Below are positions 28,894 through 41,113 of a stretch of DNA of 64,000 bases, piece after piece. Numbering within the stretch: position 1 is the stretch's first letter; the number at the start of each line of letters is the position of its first letter. This stretch comes from Neovahlkampfia damariscottae (lineage: Eukaryota): assembly GCA_016618085.1 (NCBI GenBank), contig JABLTG010000012.1, positions 1 through 64,000 on the forward strand, in the 5' to 3' direction. The notes beneath the pieces are model-generated. The model searched no databases and had not been told where the DNA came from. It saw only the letters and a program-made list of their open reading frames with translations. The translations under genes and the position numbers were made by a program.

Positions 28894-30137
28894 ATGAAGT
28901 ATTTCGAAAAAGTTGAGTTGAGTAGTTCAGGTTTGTCAAAAAAAAGTTAAATTTAAAAGGGAGACCTCAATTGATAGAAGATGAAATAGAATGCCTTACA
29001 GTCACAAATTTGAACATTGAAGATTCCAAAGGGTTTGAAAAGAAATTAATTTTAAACAAAAAATTTAAACTAGAAAATCTTTCAAAAACTCAAAAATAAC
29101 GATTACAACACATAGATTATTATATTTAGATCTAAAAGACCCAAAAGGTACATCTTTAGAAAATATCCAAAATATCGAAAAACACGTAAGAAATAATTCA
29201 TTTCTTTTTAAATTTTAAGTCTCCATTATTTTTTGGAAGTACAAAAGTACATATCATATTTAAAGATGAACTGTTAAAATTAAGTTTTGGAGATAAAAAA
29301 CATGATTTATTTCATGAAACATTAGAAATTCAATTAAAAAAAAAGAGGTATTTTTTTTGTTTGAATTAAATTTAAAAAGTTGGTTAGTAAAAAAGAAAGT
29401 TGAAAAAAAGACATTTTCTACAACATCAGCAGGTATAACAGGTATCAGTAGAACAGTTAAATCACAAGAAGAAACAGAATCAAAAACTTTAAAAGAAGCT
29501 TTCAAAGATATTGATTCTTTGATGGTAAACGCAAAAGAACTTGTAGAATTAGCTGGAAAATTTTCAGAAAAAGTGAAAAAAGGAGACAAATTATCAAAAG
29601 AAGACACAAAAGTAAAAGATTTTCTTATTACAATGGGAATAACATCACCAGTAACAAAACAAGCAACAGGTAAGAATTAAAGTTTTAAAATATTGAAAAA
29701 TAGGTACTTTATATCATGAGGAATTGGCTAAACAATTGTCAGATTATTTACCAAAACATTTAGAAAAGAATGGAATGATTGCATTGACAGATGCATTTTG
29801 TCTATATAATAGAGCTAGAGGAACAGATTTAATAAGTCCAGAAGATATGTATCGTGCATGTTCTTTATTTGATCAACTTGATCTAAATTTAACATTGAAG
29901 AAATTTGATAGTGGTGTAATTGTCATTCAATCCAAAAAATATAATTTACAACAAGTATCAAAAACACTTAGTAAATTAATAGAAGAAAAAGGATCTTTAA
30001 CATCTGTTGAACTATCACAAGAAATGGGTATTTCAATCATTTTAGCAAAAGAACAATTAATTGCAACTGAGTCAATGGGTATATTGTGTAGAGATGATTC
30101 ACTTGAAGGAATTAGATTTTATTTGAATATATTTTAA
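28894..30137 (+). CDS. VPS36: ESCRT-II subunit VPS36
   Basis: TTHRLL (GLUE), AGITGI, AFKDIDSLM, LYNRARGTDLISPED, CRDDSLEGIRFY. Confidence 0.93.
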
Positions 30138-30153
30138 TTCTATTGTGTTGAAA

Positions 30154-31801
30154 TTATTCATTTATCTTTTTTTCATCATTGTCCAATAATTGTTGGTCTA
30201 ATGTATCTTCCTCTTGATCACTTAATTCAATATTAAATTGATCTTCCGCAATTGATTCTTCTTCAATTTGACTTTTTGTCATCATATCTAATTCATCTTC
30301 ATCTTCATCTGCTATTTGTTTCGATTCAACATATCTTTCATTTCCCTCAATAGGTTTCCAAATATAGCAAATTGAAACGAAAGCAATGAAATAAAGTAAT
30401 TCCCAAAAACAATCAAAAACGAAATTTAAATAATAAAAAGGTTGGAAATTTTCAATGAACTCAAATAGGATATTTAAAATCATCCAATTAACACAAAGTA
30501 ATACATAAATGAAAACCAATACTTTGAATTTTGAATACAATGATAATTTGAATGATTGTTTTGTTTCTGATAATTCATTGATTGTACTTCTCAATTCAAT
30601 AAATATCCAAACAAACATAATTGCATCAATTAAACAAACAGGTATCACAAGTATTATCAATGTAACTTTAGTGAAATAATCATAAAAAAATAAAATTCTA
30701 CTAATTTCATAAATTGAATATCCAATGAAATAAGTAAATGAATAAATTGTAATCATATATTTTTTGTTTGTTGTAATATCAGAAAAAACAGTTGACATTC
30801 CTAAAAATGTAAAAAAATAAACAAAATTTATACCCATTGCGACAAGCAATACTAAAATTCTAGAGAGACATTTTTTGATCATTGTCAAAACTACAGAAAT
30901 CAAAATAATTAATGATGCTATTAAAATGTTAGAGATGAATTCCTTACAATGATATCCAAGCCAATTTGTAAGGAAATAATCAAAAAATATGAATGAAACT
31001 TGAAAAATATTCAACATTAAAACAATAGTTATCCAATTCTAGATTTAGTGATATTTCATTGTTTTACTTGTAAATTTAATACAGATGAACGATATTTTAA
31101 TATAAAATAAAACCAAACAAAACCAAATATCAAGTACAAAATAATCAAACCACCATAAAACTATATTTTAGTAAATTAATTATTTTACAGGATAATATCC
31201 GATAGATTCACTTTGTAGATATCCATATGGATTCATTAATTCTATTTTTCCATTTATTTTTATTTCAACATTTTCTGTTTCTTTTTGTGTACATTTTATA
31301 ATGAAAATTGAGTACATGGCAAATTTTTTAATATTTAAATCAAAATTAAATTTCAATTGTTTAGTTGATAAATAATCATGTTTAACGATCATATTATCAC
31401 TTGCTACTCTTGAAGGAACAACAAAATTATTTTCACATTTGAACTTTAAGTTTTAAAAAGATTGAGTTGTTACTTGATTCAGTTTATTCACTTGAAAGTA
31501 AGTTGAAAGTAAGTCTTTCTCAAGGAATATAAATGAAATTGGTGTTTTTGTATTCGAAGACATGTCAACTTTTGGTTTTAACTTTTTTTTTTTTTTTACT
31601 TGAAGATTTGAAATATCCTGATGGAAACATACCTGCATTATATTGGTACAATACACTTCCAACATTTTGGGAAAGTGTGTACTGAAGTGTGGTTGTTAGT
31701 TTTTTTAAATCTAGTTTTACTTTTGTATTCTCAAATGTTATTAAATTTGAATTGACTGCCACATAAAAAGAAACAAACAGTAGTAATAACAATTTCTTCA
31801 T
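30154..31801 (-). CDS. GOST / lung seven-TM family protein (TMEM87/GPR107-like)
   Basis: Signal peptide, NPYGYL, SRILVLLVAMG, KQSFKLSLY, IWKP..N.RY, acidic tail. Confidence 0.85.
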
Positions 31802-31897
31802 CTTTTTGTGCTTCTTAGTAGTTGACCAATCAGTGTGTACTTCCAACAGTATTGATCAAGATGAATGAAAAAAAACAAAAATGTCAAAATAATATAT

Positions 31898-33473
31898 TTA
31901 TAATTCTTTTTCTCTTAGAATCAATTTCCAAATTCTAACAGTACCATCATCACTACAAGATGCGAACATATCATTCCGAACAGGATTCCAACAAATTGAA
32001 TTAATAATATTTTCATGTCCAGATAATTTATCTAATAAAATATTATTCTTTTGATCCCAAATATATATCTTAAAATCTTCACTTCCACTTGCAATAAACA
32101 TATCATTCTTACCACCAAAACAACATCTCAAAACATATTTTGTTTGAGTATGACCTTTAAAATACTTTATCAATTTATTGTCTTTTAAACTCCACATTGA
32201 GATATAACCAATATCTGATCAAAAATAAAAAAAAAAAAGGGTTAACAAACCATCTTCTTTTGCAATTGTTGTCAATAAAAATTGAGAGCATTTTGAAATA
32301 TGAAGAGATGTAATTGAATCATTTTCTAATAAAGTATAACATTGATCTTTTTGTTTTGGATTGTAAATATGAATTTTTTTGTTATGAGATATTACAATTA
32401 ATTTTTTACCATCAGGAGATACTTGTAAATCTTGTATTTTATAATTCATTTTCCATTCATCAATTGGATCATCTTGATGAATATTCCAAAATTGAATTGA
32501 TTTGTCATTTCCACCACCTGCTGAAATGAAATGTATATTATCCGATAACCAAGAAATTGATGAAATTTTATCTTTATGATTTTCAAATTTTCTTATTTGA
32601 AAACCATTTGATTTATTCCATAAAATGATTGATTTATCATTTGAACAAGATAATAACATTGAATTATCATTGGACCATTTTATCATTGAAACAACATCAT
32701 CATGACCTTTACATTGAATTGGTTTTGAATCAATTTCTTTTAAATCATAAATAAAAATTAATTTATCAGCAGAACAAGATGCTAAATATTTTCCATCATT
32801 TGAAAATTCAATATTCCAAACTTCATCAGTGTGATATTTCAATATTTTGAATACATCTTTTGGTAAAAGTTTGGAAGGTGATATTTCTTCTTCTAATAAT
32901 GAATATGAATCAATAGATTTCAATAATAATTTCTCTAAACGATTTTCTGGAATCATTAAATTTGGTGAAATATATTCTTGTAAATCTATTAATAACTCTT
33001 CTCTATTTGTATATTTTGATCTTTTTTTTAAGTCATCTATATTTGAACACATGATTAAACATGCTAATTTATGTAATTGTTTTGAATCTTTTGTGTTTGG
33101 TTTCAATTCTTCTCTTAATACTTTTAATGATTCTTTTATGTTCTTTTGTTCTAATAATTCAATATATTTTTGTCTATAAATTAAAAACTTTACACAAATT
33201 ATATGTTCTTCATCCAGATTAAGTATATCTAAACTTGAAATTACCTTTAAAAAAATAATTAGTTTTTTAGTTTCAATTTCTTACTTGATTCCAATTTCCA
33301 TCAAGAATATTCTCTCTCAAATTATGAATATTTTCTGCATGTAATAAAATTGAACTTTCTTTTTCTAAATTTAAAGCCGTTTCTTTATAATTTAAAGAAT
33401 TTAAAGTTTGTATTAATAATCTAGTAAGTTCAGTTTTATTTAATCCATGTTTAGTATAATTTTCATTTGACAT
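31898..33473 (-). CDS. WDR26: WD repeat protein 26 (GID7, CTLH complex)
   Basis: ELTRLLIQTLNSLNY (LisH), MIPENRLEKLL, HTDEVW, GHTQTKYVLRCCFGG, ASGSED. Confidence 0.93.
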
Positions 33474-33593
33474 ATCTGTTTTTCGCCTTTTGGTTGGGCG
33501 TTCTTCTTCTGAAGGTATGAAAGACGTTTTGCTTGAAGAAAAGAAAATCTTTTTCTAATTATCCAATGAAACGAATTGTGTTTTTGAAGAAAA

Positions 33594-33989
33594 ATGTTGG
33601 ACAAAATTAAAGGAAAATATCAATTATTAACAGCTAATTTTATAACACAACCTGCTTATATTGGTGCAATTGGTGTATTTGGACTCATAGGTTTTTCAAT
33701 AAGTAAAAAAAAAAAAATAAATAATTCTTTTCAAGTTTTCTCTTCAAAATATAATAGACATCATCAAGAAAAAGTTGCCAAAGAAAATATTCAACAATTA
33801 GAAAAGAAATATATTGATGAATATTATTCAATGGATTTAAAACCAAGAAAAAAGAATATTCAATTACAACCTAGTATTTATTTTTTGAAATTTTATAAAA
33901 CACAACAAGAAGAAAATGATTTTATCAATAAAATATTTCCAGAACTTGTCAAATTACAACAAAAAACAAATAACTATGAAAAAGAATAA
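33594..33989 (+). CDS. Small hypothetical protein with one hydrophobic segment
   Basis: ORF with upstream CCAAT box, probable A-tract intron(s), stop in AATAAA. Confidence 0.6.
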   Translation: MLDKIKGKYQLLTANFITQPAYIGAIGVFGLIGFSISKKKKINNSFQVFSSKYNRHHQEKVAKENIQQLEKKYIDEYYSMDLKPRKKNIQLQPSIYFLKFYKTQQEENDFINKIFPELVKLQQKTNNYEKE

Positions 33990-34019
33990 AATCAATTATT
34001 TTTTTTTAACCAACCAAAA

Positions 34020-35681
34020 ATGGCCACATCAATTTCGCAGTTTTTCGTGATGTCTCCAAGGTGAACAAATAATTAAAAAAAAATTAAAACTAAAAATAGA
34101 GGAGACAAAGTCATTGCAAAAGATTGTAAGATCTAACAAATTTATAATATTTTAAAAAGTTCGTTATGACATTATTTCTGGTTCTGAAGAAATATTTTTC
34201 AGGAAATGTCGTTTAGAGTTTTTAGGTGATCCACCACCATGTTTTGTAAGAAAAATTTAAATATAACCATTAGAATTCCAACGGAATTAATTTTATTCAT
34301 ATAAGAAAAAATCAGTTATTCTTTGTTGTGTAAGTTTGAATTAAAAAATTAAAAATCAAGTACCACAAGAAGAAATGGATCAATATCTCTTATATGTGAA
34401 TGTTTATATCGTATTTCAAATTTATTTAAAGATTATACTGGTGATTTGACTGAAGATTCATTAAGAAAGAATTTCCTTTTAGTTTATGAAATTTTGGATG
34501 AAGTATTTGATTTTGGACAAATACAAAATACATCTAGTAAAGATTTAAAATATTATACATTCAATGAACCTATTGAAAGTAAAAAAAAAAAAAAAAGGAA
34601 TTTTAAAACAAATAGTTGAAAAGGAATCTATTAGTTTAATAAGGAATACATTAAACGTAAACTTAATTTGAAATTAATAATTTTAGAATTTGAAAATTAC
34701 AACTGACAAAACTGTTATTGAATCAGATGCAGCTAAAAAACCTGTACAAACAACAAAATATAAAAAGAATGAAATATTTGTTGATGTTTTAGAAAGAATA
34801 AATTTAATTTTTGATGATGAAGGAAATACACTTTATTGTGAAATTGTAGGATCAATTATAATGAGATCATTCTTAACTGGAAAACCAATAATCAGAATGG
34901 GTTTAAATGAAGATTTAATCATTGGAAAAAGTAAAAAAGAAAAAGAATTTAATTTTAAAAAGAGAATAAATCATATGAAATATCAATTGATTCAATTAAT
35001 TTTAATTCAATTGTAGATACTCATGCATTTGAAAAAATGAAAATATTAAGTTTTTTACCACCAGATGGTGAGTTTACAGTTTTGAATTATAGAGTTGTTA
35101 GTAATTATAATAAACCATTTAAAGTTTTTCCCTTCATTGAAAAACAAGGAAAGTATAAAGCAGAATTGATTGTAAAAGTTAGAGCTGAATTATCAAAAGA
35201 TAAATATGGAAGTAATATATTAATTAAAATACCATTGATGCAAACAACCAATAGTATTTTAGTTGAATTTGGTGAAGAATCAAGTGATAATTTTTATGAA
35301 TGGAAAGCAAGTGAAAAAAGTAAAAAAAAAATATATACATTTTTGACAATTAGCAATTTTATGGGGAATTAAAAGATTAGACGGACAGGTACTTTTTCTA
35401 TTTTTAATTCCTTTTTTTAGACAGAAAAAACGATTCGAATAAGATTTGCTTCTGATTTTGAAATTCCAGACGAAAATGCTAAAAAGTTAATGGGACCAAT
35501 TTCATTGAAATTTGAATTACCTATGCATAATATGAGGTATTTATTCATTTTTGTTATTTTTAATATTTCAAGTGGTCTTTGCATTAGATTCTTGAAATTT
35601 GAAGAAAGAAATGAGAATTATTCACCAAAAAGATGGATTAGATATATTACACAAGGTACCAATTATATACAAAGATTATAA
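34020..35681 (+). CDS. AP4M1: Adaptor complex medium subunit, AP-4 mu-like
   Basis: ISQFFVMSPRGD, SLRKNFLLVYEILDE.FDFG, KNEIFVDVLER, PPDGEFTVLNYR, RWIRYITQ; many tiny introns. Confidence 0.85.
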
Positions 35682-35755
35682 AATATATGTAAAAAAACTT
35701 CCTTGAAATAAAATATTTAACTTTTTTTTGAGTGTTTTTTTTTAGCCAATCAAAA

Positions 35756-36159
35756 ATGAGTGAACGGATTTGTGTGGTAAGAGGAGAGCAAACAAATAAA
35801 ATTTTTAGGTCTGTGAATGTGGAAATAGAAATACACCCAAAACTACCTTCTCATGTAGGTATAAAATTCATGAGAAAAACTATGAATTGTTCAACACTTT
35901 CTTTTCAAAAGAGTTGGAATATGGTGAACTTTGTGACAGGTGGTACGGATAAATTTATTTTTAAAAATATAACAGCTACAGACTTTGGTATAAACACAAA
36001 AGAGGAGAAGGTCCAAAACCAATTGCCAAACCAACAGCAATGACAGCAAAATCAGAAAGCGACTTTATGTCAAAATTAAAAAATTATGTAAAAGAAAATG
36101 AACAAAGAAAATCAAAAAGAAAAATAAATCCAATTAGAAGTGCTTTTAATAACCTTTAA
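35756..36159 (+). CDS. Small putative zinc-finger protein
   Basis: After removing two tiny introns: MSERICVVCECG...ELCDRCYRLWYKHKR, basic tail. Confidence 0.6.
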
Positions 36160-36251
36160 AAACTCATACAATAAAAATCAGTTCAAAAAAAAATTGGTAA
36201 TGTGTCTGCTCAATTTTGATTTGTCACACTTTTGCAAAAATTGACAAATAT

Positions 36252-38748
36252 TTATTCTTCTTCTTCTTCTTCTTCAGTATCATCTTTTTTTCTTCTTGAA
36301 GATGATCTTGAAATTTGATGATGTGTTTTATTAAAAGTTTTTGTTAAATGTGATTTAACTTTTGATGGCACACCATTAAACTTGTTCTTCAATTTTTCTC
36401 CCATTGATAAAATATCATTCATTGCAACAACATCATCTTTTGAAATATGATACTCATCCATTCTTTCAATTGCAAGATCAACACCTTCTTTCTCTTTCAA
36501 AGGATCAAGTATTTTATTATTCAAAAGTGGCAAATAATTATCTCTAAAATCTTCATTTGTACCAGATGTCAAATTTAAACTTGATTGAAAAATTGAATTC
36601 AATATACCATAATTCTTTCTTTGTGTTGATGATTTACCCAAGAAAGATGGAAATTGTGGATAATAATTATCTTGAGGACCATGTCTCACATATCTACCAG
36701 AAACAAAAGCAGAACTTTGTATAGTTGAATAAAAAGCATGTAAAGTTGATAATGAATAATCTTGTGTTTTCATTATATTAATGGTATCTCCAAATGAAAT
36801 AGATTCTGATGCTTTTACAATCGACTCAATTGGATTTAATTGATTTGATTGGTAGTTCAAATAATTTTGTTGAATCATTAATGGAACTAATTGTGGATCA
36901 TCAAAATATAAACCTATTAACTCTTGATAACTTTTTGGTCTTTCTTGAATATTTAAGAATTTTGTTGTAATTTGAAATATATTATCTGGTGTTGAATCAT
37001 TTGAAATATCATTTGCATCATCAAATGTTATTTTTCTATTCAATTTATTCATCATTTGTAAATGATTTAAAATAAATCTTAAATCTTGATTTGATGATTC
37101 AATTAATTTTCTAATAGCTGCATCTTGAATTGGAATCTTTTCAATTTTACAAATATTAGAAATTCTTTTAAAAATTTGATCAACTGTTGGATTTCGAAAT
37201 TTAACATCAACACAATAATTAATTAATGATTTAAGACTCTTTAAAATTTAAAAAAATCAATTTTTTTATACTTGTTTATATCTATCATTGCAAATACAAA
37301 TGATTGGTATTTTTGATAATTTGATAATTTGAATCAATTCAGTAACACCACCTCTATCACCAGTTGACATTCCATCAACTTCATCCATCTATTTTTTTTT
37401 TTAATAAAATATTCTTACAACTAAACATGTATGTTCATTTTTAATGAATGATTGATTTGTTGTCATCTCTGTAATTTTATTTTGTATTGCTTTTTTGTTT
37501 CTTGCATCACTTGCATTCATTTCAATGACTGTATAACCTAAATTCTTACATATAATTTTTGTTGATGAAGTTTTTCCAATACCAGGTTTACCACTAATTA
37601 TTAATGCCTTTTTCCAAGTTGGTTTTTTAACATTTAGATTCTTTTTGTATTCACTCTTCCAATTCTTCAACCAATCTCCAATTAATTTAATATTTGATGT
37701 ATTTCCTACAATATCTCCAAATGAAGAAGGTGCATATTTATCTGTCCATAATTGTGTATCATTCTTTCCATCATTGTCTCTTTTAACTGGTAATATTTCA
37801 ACTTTTTCTTTTTTTTCTGGTGTTTTGATCTTTTTTTCTGGTGTTTGAATATCCATTGCATCTTCATCTGAATCCATTTCCATTTCCATTTTTACACTTG
37901 AATCTCTAAGTATTTGAAGAAAATCATCTTCAGACAATTGTTTTGTGTTCAATTGTTTTGCTTTTTTCATTTTTGTTTCACCAGGTTCTTCACCAACAAT
38001 GAAAAAATCAACTTTTTTTGACATTGATGTTTTAATAATACCACCATATCTTTTGATTAATTCTTCAATTTCATTTCTTTCTAATGATTCTAAAACACCA
38101 GAAATAATGAATGCTTTTCCAGATAAACATTCATCTTTTGCAATTGGAATTTCTTTTGATCCTGGATTAAGAGCAGTTGGTCTTCTTCCTGATAAAAAAT
38201 TTCTTGTTGCAAGTTTCTATTGACATCAGTGAGTTGATTAATCTTACTTTTTTTTTGGTTGATTCATCTTCTATTGGTTCTTCTTCATTCTCTATTTTTA
38301 ATTTCTTTTCAGGTGTTTTTTTTTCATCTTTTGATTTCTTTTTGATTTCTTTGGTAGGTGTTTTTTCTTTTTTTAATGTTTTTTCTGGAGTTGAATTTTC
38401 ATTTTTCACTTTTTTCGATGTTTTTTCTGGAGTTGAATCTTTTATTGATTTCGGAGTTTTTTCTGATGACTTTGTTTCAACTTTTGGACTCTGAGATTTC
38501 TTTTTTGATTCTTTTGACTTTGAATCCTTTTCTTTTTGTACAATTGTCAAAGTTGATGTTTTCTTCTTTTTTTTGGTTTCCTCTTCATCAATAACTTCAG
38601 TGATTTTACTGAAAAAATAAATATAAATTTTTAAAAACCGTTTTTTTGAAGGAGTTATTGGTTCTTCATCTGTTTCTTGTGGTTCTTTCTTTTTTTTTAT
38701 AAATCCATATCTTTCTAGACCAGATAATTTTCCACTTTTTTTGCTCAT
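36252..38748 (-). CDS. RFC1: Replication factor C large subunit
   Basis: BRCT (ISGVLESLER, GETKMKKA), LWTDKYAP, GKPGIGKT, EMNASDAR, DEVDGMSTGDRGG, FPSFLGKSS. Confidence 0.96.
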
Positions 38749-39059
38749 GAAAAATGGATCAAAGTTACAGAAAAAGGCGCAAATTAGATGATTGGACAAA
38801 ATTTATGAGAACCAAATTACTTTTTTCTTGAAAAACTGAACCTATAAGTTGATCGATTATTGTTGATGGACATCCAATAGTACTGCCACCTTTGAATGAA
38901 GCAATTGAGTGGAATAACAACGTGGAATATCAACATTTGACATAGTATCACTATTGGTGAAGAATAACTTCAGCAAAAGGAAGATGTCAAAAATTTTTTG
39001 ATTAAATTAACCTTTTTTTATGAACATTTTTTTTTTGAAGTTTTAGTTGGTTCTATTGG

Positions 39060-40292
39060 ATGAAAAGGTTAACTACAAAATTATCACTGCTTCATTGTAA
39101 AAATTTCACAACCAAAAAAAAAGGTTCACAAATATTACAGAATTTTGTTAAACTCTCAAGAGAAGGAAATGTAAAAGAACTTGAAAAATATGGATTCAAA
39201 ACTGAATCTGGAAAAGCAGGATATTTTAACACAATGATTGATAAAGAAGATGAAGAATTTTTCAATTCTAATTTAAATGAAACTGATACTGATTTATTGA
39301 CCATGGAAAAAATTGATAAAATTTTTGAACAACAAGAAAAAGAGTTTGTAAAACTAACTCCTGATAAAGTTCAAAAAAAATTCCGAGTTCATCAAAATGA
39401 AGATGAAGAGGAAGAGGAAGAAGATGTGTCATCTGTTGAAAAACAAAAACAAATAATGATGGAAAAAGAAATGGAAGAAAATTATGAAAAGAAAACCATG
39501 GAGATTGGTTCAGGTAATTCCATTAATAATTTGAATTTTTGAAAAGATTATTATGCAACTATTAAATTATTTTCTGTTGAATTTGATGTCACTGATGATG
39601 AAATTGTTGAATGGGGTTATGATTTTGTAAAGAGGGAAGATCAAGAAAAATTTGTTTATAAATATAAAGGAAAAGAAAGAGTTTTAGAAAAAATTACACC
39701 TCCAGAGCCTTTACCAAAGCTACCAACGCTCAGTAAGGAAGATACAAAAGAAACGGAAGAAGAAGAAAAAATAACAGTTGATCAAATAGCAAAATTCCAA
39801 GCAGAATACACTGAGAAATACGCTGAAGATCCATTGAATTTAGATGGTGCAACAAATTCAAATATCACTCTAAAATTTGAAGATTCAAATGAACAAGTTG
39901 ATGCTACCAATGAAATCCAAGAAGTTGACACCAGAAGTAAATTTGAAAAAGAAATGGATGAAGCTAAAACGAAATATGGAAAAGATATTTCAAGAGAGAA
40001 ATTAGAAGAAATGGGAAATTATTTTGAGAACAATGAGGATGCAAGAGAAGAAGTTTTGAAAACTGCTTTTGAAAGTCAGAAAGTTGATTTTATTCAAGAA
40101 ATTCTTGGGAATGAATTTTCAAAACAAGATATAGAAAAATTATTGGAGAATGAAGACGATGAAGATCTTGGTGATTCCAGAGCCGCAATGGCATTCAAAA
40201 ATTCAGTAGATAAAGTATCGCAAGAATTTTTGGAAATTCTTAGTGATATGAAAGAAAATGAGGTAGAAGAGGAAAAAGACCAAAATAAATAA
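39060..40292 (+). CDS. Hypothetical acidic protein, possibly mitochondrial
   Basis: Basic presequence-like MKRLTTKLSLLHCKNF; exons joined by an intron near 39514-39546. Confidence 0.7.
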
Positions 40293-40320
40293 TTTTAATT
40301 TTGTCCAATCATTTGAAGAA

Positions 40321-41110
40321 ATGATCTCTTTCGAACCTCCACTTTATGTGCAAAGAAAAATGTATATCGCTAAAACTCTAAGAAAATTGAATGAAAAATG
40401 GAAAATACAGAAAATATTGGACGTTGGTTGTGGAGAAGGACGTTTATTAGACTATTTGAAAGAAGATAAATATTCACACTTGGATGGAGTGGATATTTCC
40501 GAATTAATTCTATCAACAGCAATGGAGAATTGTAAACCAACAGGTAATTTTAATGAACATTAAAAAAAAATAGTTTTTCATTTCCTGATGCCTTCAAAAA
40601 TACCACAAACTATACGATTGTTATCAGGTGATATTCTTAATGAAAAAAATAAATTTGAGGGTTATGATTGTATAATAGCCACAGAAGTAATTGAACATTT
40701 ACAAGAAAAAGATGTTCCTTTGTTTAAGTATTTAAATATTTTATTTATTGTTTAAAAGAGAAATTTTGTTTGAAAAGATATCACCAAAATACATTATTAT
40801 TACAACACCAAACAGAGAATTCAACAAATGGTTTGGTGAAGAGCATAAAAAAAGAGATGTTGATCATAAATTTGAATGGAATCGAAAGGAATTCGAACAT
40901 TTTATTGATTCAATAGATTCAAAGCTCTACAAATTAATTGAACACACTGGGGTTGGAGTGAATCAAAAATCAAAAAAGGAGGAATTGATTTATGGGTATG
41001 CAACACAAATTGCTGTGTTTGAAAAAATTCAATTCGAAAAACAAAACAAGAATCCTGTTTTGACATCAAATGTCAAAATATTTTGTGAGATCAAATACCC
41101 TACAAAATGA
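40321..41110 (+). CDS. HEN1: Small RNA 2'-O-methyltransferase HEN1
   Basis: FEPPLYVQR (FxPP), ILDVGCGEG, EVIEH, TTPNREFN, RDVDHKFEW.R.EF, TQIAVF. Confidence 0.93.
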
Positions 41111-41113
41111 ATT

